Origin: Amoeboradix gromovi X-113
Taxonomy: Eukaryota; Fungi; Sanchytriomycota
Reading direction: 5' to 3'
Assembly (NCBI GenBank): GCA_018985225.1
Contig: JADGIF010000381.1
Span: 1 to 9,627 of the forward strand
Length of the DNA stretch: 9,627 nucleotides
Below are positions 7,638 to 9,627 of this stretch, one piece after another (within the stretch, counting starts at the first letter, position 1; each line of letters opens with the position of its first letter). The translations under genes were made by a program, and so were the position numbers. The notes below the pieces were generated by a model. The model saw nothing but the letters and a program-made list of their open reading frames with translations, searched no databases and was not told where the DNA came from.

Positions 7638-7877
7638 TCATATAGATTTATTGCTCTGCGTTATATCTAGCTGGTCATTGAGCTGATCAATCCATTCTTT
7701 TTGTTGCTGTACATTGCGATCTTGCCCGGGGATTGTCTGCAGAGTTTCAATTAGTTCGTCGCAATATTTCAATATTGATTTGATTTGGTCGACATATTTA
7801 AACGGGTCCTTGTTATAAAGATGTTTACAAGCAATTTGGAGCTGAAATAGAGCTGTGAATTCAGTAAAATGTGGCAT
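7638..7877 (-). CDS. Mediator middle-module subunit, MED9-like (MED21 not excluded), 79 aa
   Basis: TIPGQDRNVQQQKEWIDQLNDQL resembles the MED9 pattern LPGxDRSVEEQEEEIxELExQI, preceded by a helical segment. ATG start, and it fits tightly between its neighbours. Confidence 0.55.
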   Translation of the reverse strand: MPHFTEFTALFQLQIACKHLYNKDPFKYVDQIKSILKYCDELIETLQTIPGQDRNVQQQKEWIDQLNDQLDITQSNKSI

Positions 7878-7901
7878 AAATAATGTGGAGTGTAATAAAA
7901 T

Positions 7902-8267
7902 TTATTTTCGTTTCTTAACATATTCATCACCACGAAAATGTGCGACAAAATAAGTTATTGCAGTGCATATCAAAAACATTCCACCATGAAATAGAGGAAC
8001 CTGAAGGAAGCATGCACCACTTAAGAGCAAATATAACAAACCTCGTAGCCAAAACATGTCATACAATCCGCCTAATAGTTTATCAGCAAATATAGGATAT
8101 TCTAATATTCCGACTACAATACCAACAATTATTCCATAATACATCATCCAGACTATTGGGTAGAAATATTGCAAAATCCCACCGAGTATGAGGGCGAATG
8201 ATGCACCTAATCCTTGATATCTAGCCCACACATGGAAAGAACCGGTGCCTGGAATATTTGGAGCCAT
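7902..8267 (-). CDS. p22phox (cytochrome b-245 light chain)/NoxD-like NADPH oxidase membrane subunit, 121 aa
   Basis: WARYQGL...ILGGI, YGIIVG...LEYP, LRGLLYLLLS and YFVAHFRGDEY parallel the p22phox motifs WANEQAL...TGGI, YSIVAG...LEYP, VRAVLHLLLS and YLLAAVRGEQW. About four hydrophobic segments. The related TVP18 family is a weaker alternative. Confidence 0.72.
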   Translation of the reverse strand: MAPNIPGTGSFHVWARYQGLGASFALILGGILQYFYPIVWMMYYGIIVGIVVGILEYPIFADKLLGGLYDMFWLRGLLYLLLSGACFLQVPLFHGGMFLICTAITYFVAHFRGDEYVKKRK

Positions 8268-8373
8268 TTTTAGTTTTAACTCGTCGGTTTCAGATAATGT
8301 ATGTAATTAAATGTCCTGATTGGATCAGTGTTCATATGTAGAATACAAAAGAGATGACGGGTCAAAACCCCAA

Positions 8374-8616
8374 ATGCTCTTCCACCTAGTCGTAGTTAAA
8401 TCGGCAGACGCAGTATCTAACACTACTAGCAGTTCTGGTAACACCACTGTTAGTAATTCAACAGTACCTGCAAATATTGCGACACCAATTACAGGCAATA
8501 GACAGCAGGTGAGCAGCAACGTACTCTGGCCAGATAACCCTAGCGATTCAACAATTTTGACTATGAATTTTATGGTTAGTACGCTTGGCTTAAGTTCAGT
8601 TTTATTTTTACAATAA
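8374..8616 (+). CDS. Small Ser/Thr-rich, putatively secreted and GPI-anchored protein (80 aa from ATG 8374)
   Basis: Short hydrophobic N-terminus MLFHLVVVKSA, a Ser/Thr-rich body with three N-glycosylation sequons (NTT, NTT, NST), and small residues (SDS) followed by a hydrophobic C-terminus. The stop sits in CAATAAATAA. Confidence 0.6.
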   Translation: MLFHLVVVKSADAVSNTTSSSGNTTVSNSTVPANIATPITGNRQQVSSNVLWPDNPSDSTILTMNFMVSTLGLSSVLFLQ

Positions 8617-8649
8617 ATAATTTAGTATTAAGCGGTGCCATAGCTAAGT

Positions 8650-9150
8650 TATGCACGTTATCAATATGGTATGAAAGTCATATTTTTATTAACATTGCTA
8701 AGAAGATGGAACCTGTTTATGAAAGTGGAAAGTTCAAGACATCAATGGAATTACCCTTTATGGTAATTTCATTATATCACAGTTTTCTGGCTTCTCTTTC
8801 CCAGCTATTCAACTGCAGAGCTGTGTGCGGTCAAGTCTATCCCGTTCTAAGACTTTGTGCTTTTTGGAGCAGGCTTCTCTGTGCCATATTCTTTGCTTTC
8901 CGGCTTGGCGCTGCCATTGGAATACTCGCATTTTCTAACTTGCTTAGCGACGTCTTATATCAGATTGACCCAGTGGTGCACTCTTATGTATGCAACTCTC
9001 TTTGTCTGTACAAAACCACTGCCTCAGCCATCTCAATACAAAGTATAAACGGGCCATTATTCATCCCAATCATGCCTCAGCGTCGGTTCTTAAGAAATTG
9101 CTAACATGCAGCTAATTCATGCTCCAAGAAAGGATGCATACGATGCATTT
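8650..9150 (-). mobile_element. Degenerate retroviral-type integrase remnant (Ty3/gypsy or Ginger-like)
   Basis: The minus frame 9017-8832 reads GFVQTKRVAYIRVHHWVNLI*DVAKQVRKCEYS...KS*NGIDL, matching the H2C2 zinc domain (G...T...YWPNL..DV..YVR.C) followed 29 aa later by GIDL at the start of the rve core. Downstream fragments SWEREARKL, FINRF and IDN follow in plausible order in shifted frames. Confidence 0.5.
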
Positions 9151-9501
9151 GCAACTATTAGTAATCAAAACAACAAGCAAATAAATTTATTTCACGGTTT
9201 TTATTGCACCATCAGGATGCTTAAGTAATCGATTTCGATTCGACAAATAATCTATAGTAATTATACGAAATCTACCTCTCTAACCGACCTTTCTCTATTT
9301 GCATAATCGTTAATAATTCTTCATACGTATTTGAAGTATATAATCATTATTCAATCTCCTTTAAAAGAAACCCTGTAGAGAAATGAAAAAATATGACTGC
9401 AAGGAAGAAGAAATAGTAATAATGGCTTCTCGCCTAAGAATAGCCTATAAAATATGGTCCATTTGTAATCTACCATTTGGGACACCAAATATAAAAACTA
9501 G

Positions 9502-9627
9502 GCTAACTCGTTTTTAAAGGAGGTGCACCATACGGAGGAAATGCTATCATTAATAAAAGATCTTCTTCTGTTATACCAAGATTCTTTCATTGATTGTATT
9601 CCTCTTTTTAAAATAAAACTAGAAGAC
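9502..9627 (+). other. Open frame running off the right edge, possibly the region preceding a Ty3/gypsy RT, or the start of a gene (ATG 9541)
   Basis: EEMLSLIKDLLLLYQDSF...IPLFKIKLED loosely resembles pol linker LKELLxEYxDVF...HxIxL. Truncated by the window. Confidence 0.2.

Noticed and set aside
8320-8519. TTG start at 8320 and the antisense ORF 8325-8519
   Set aside because: In a eukaryotic context ATG 8374 gives a signal-peptide-like start. The antisense ORF is a shadow.
1-9627. CRISPR array, tRNA or rRNA genes
   Set aside because: No regularly spaced direct repeats, cloverleaf or rRNA-like sequence seen.

Overview
AT-rich, gene-dense eukaryotic DNA, most likely a compact, intron-poor fungal or fungus-like genome (inference), using the standard genetic code. 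Intact genes encode a ThiF-family E1 regulatory subunit (AOS1/ULA1-like), glycogen phosphorylase, PEX5 with a PEX7-binding box, a MED9-like protein, a p22phox/NoxD-like membrane protein and a small putative GPI-anchored protein. The longer intergenic gaps look like decayed transposons. The best signal is at 4999-5881. A Fanzor2 (IS607 TnpB-like) pseudogene lies on the minus strand, and a second, divergently oriented Fanzor 3' end lies on the plus strand. They share an ~118-nt 3' segment (~72% identical by hand count) that keeps hairpins, including a compensatory base pair and a GNRA tetraloop. Both copies stop at the same ACGAG boundary and are followed by unrelated flanks. This is the architecture expected of two omegaRNA scaffolds carrying different guides. 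All family assignments come from motif recognition by eye, not database searches.
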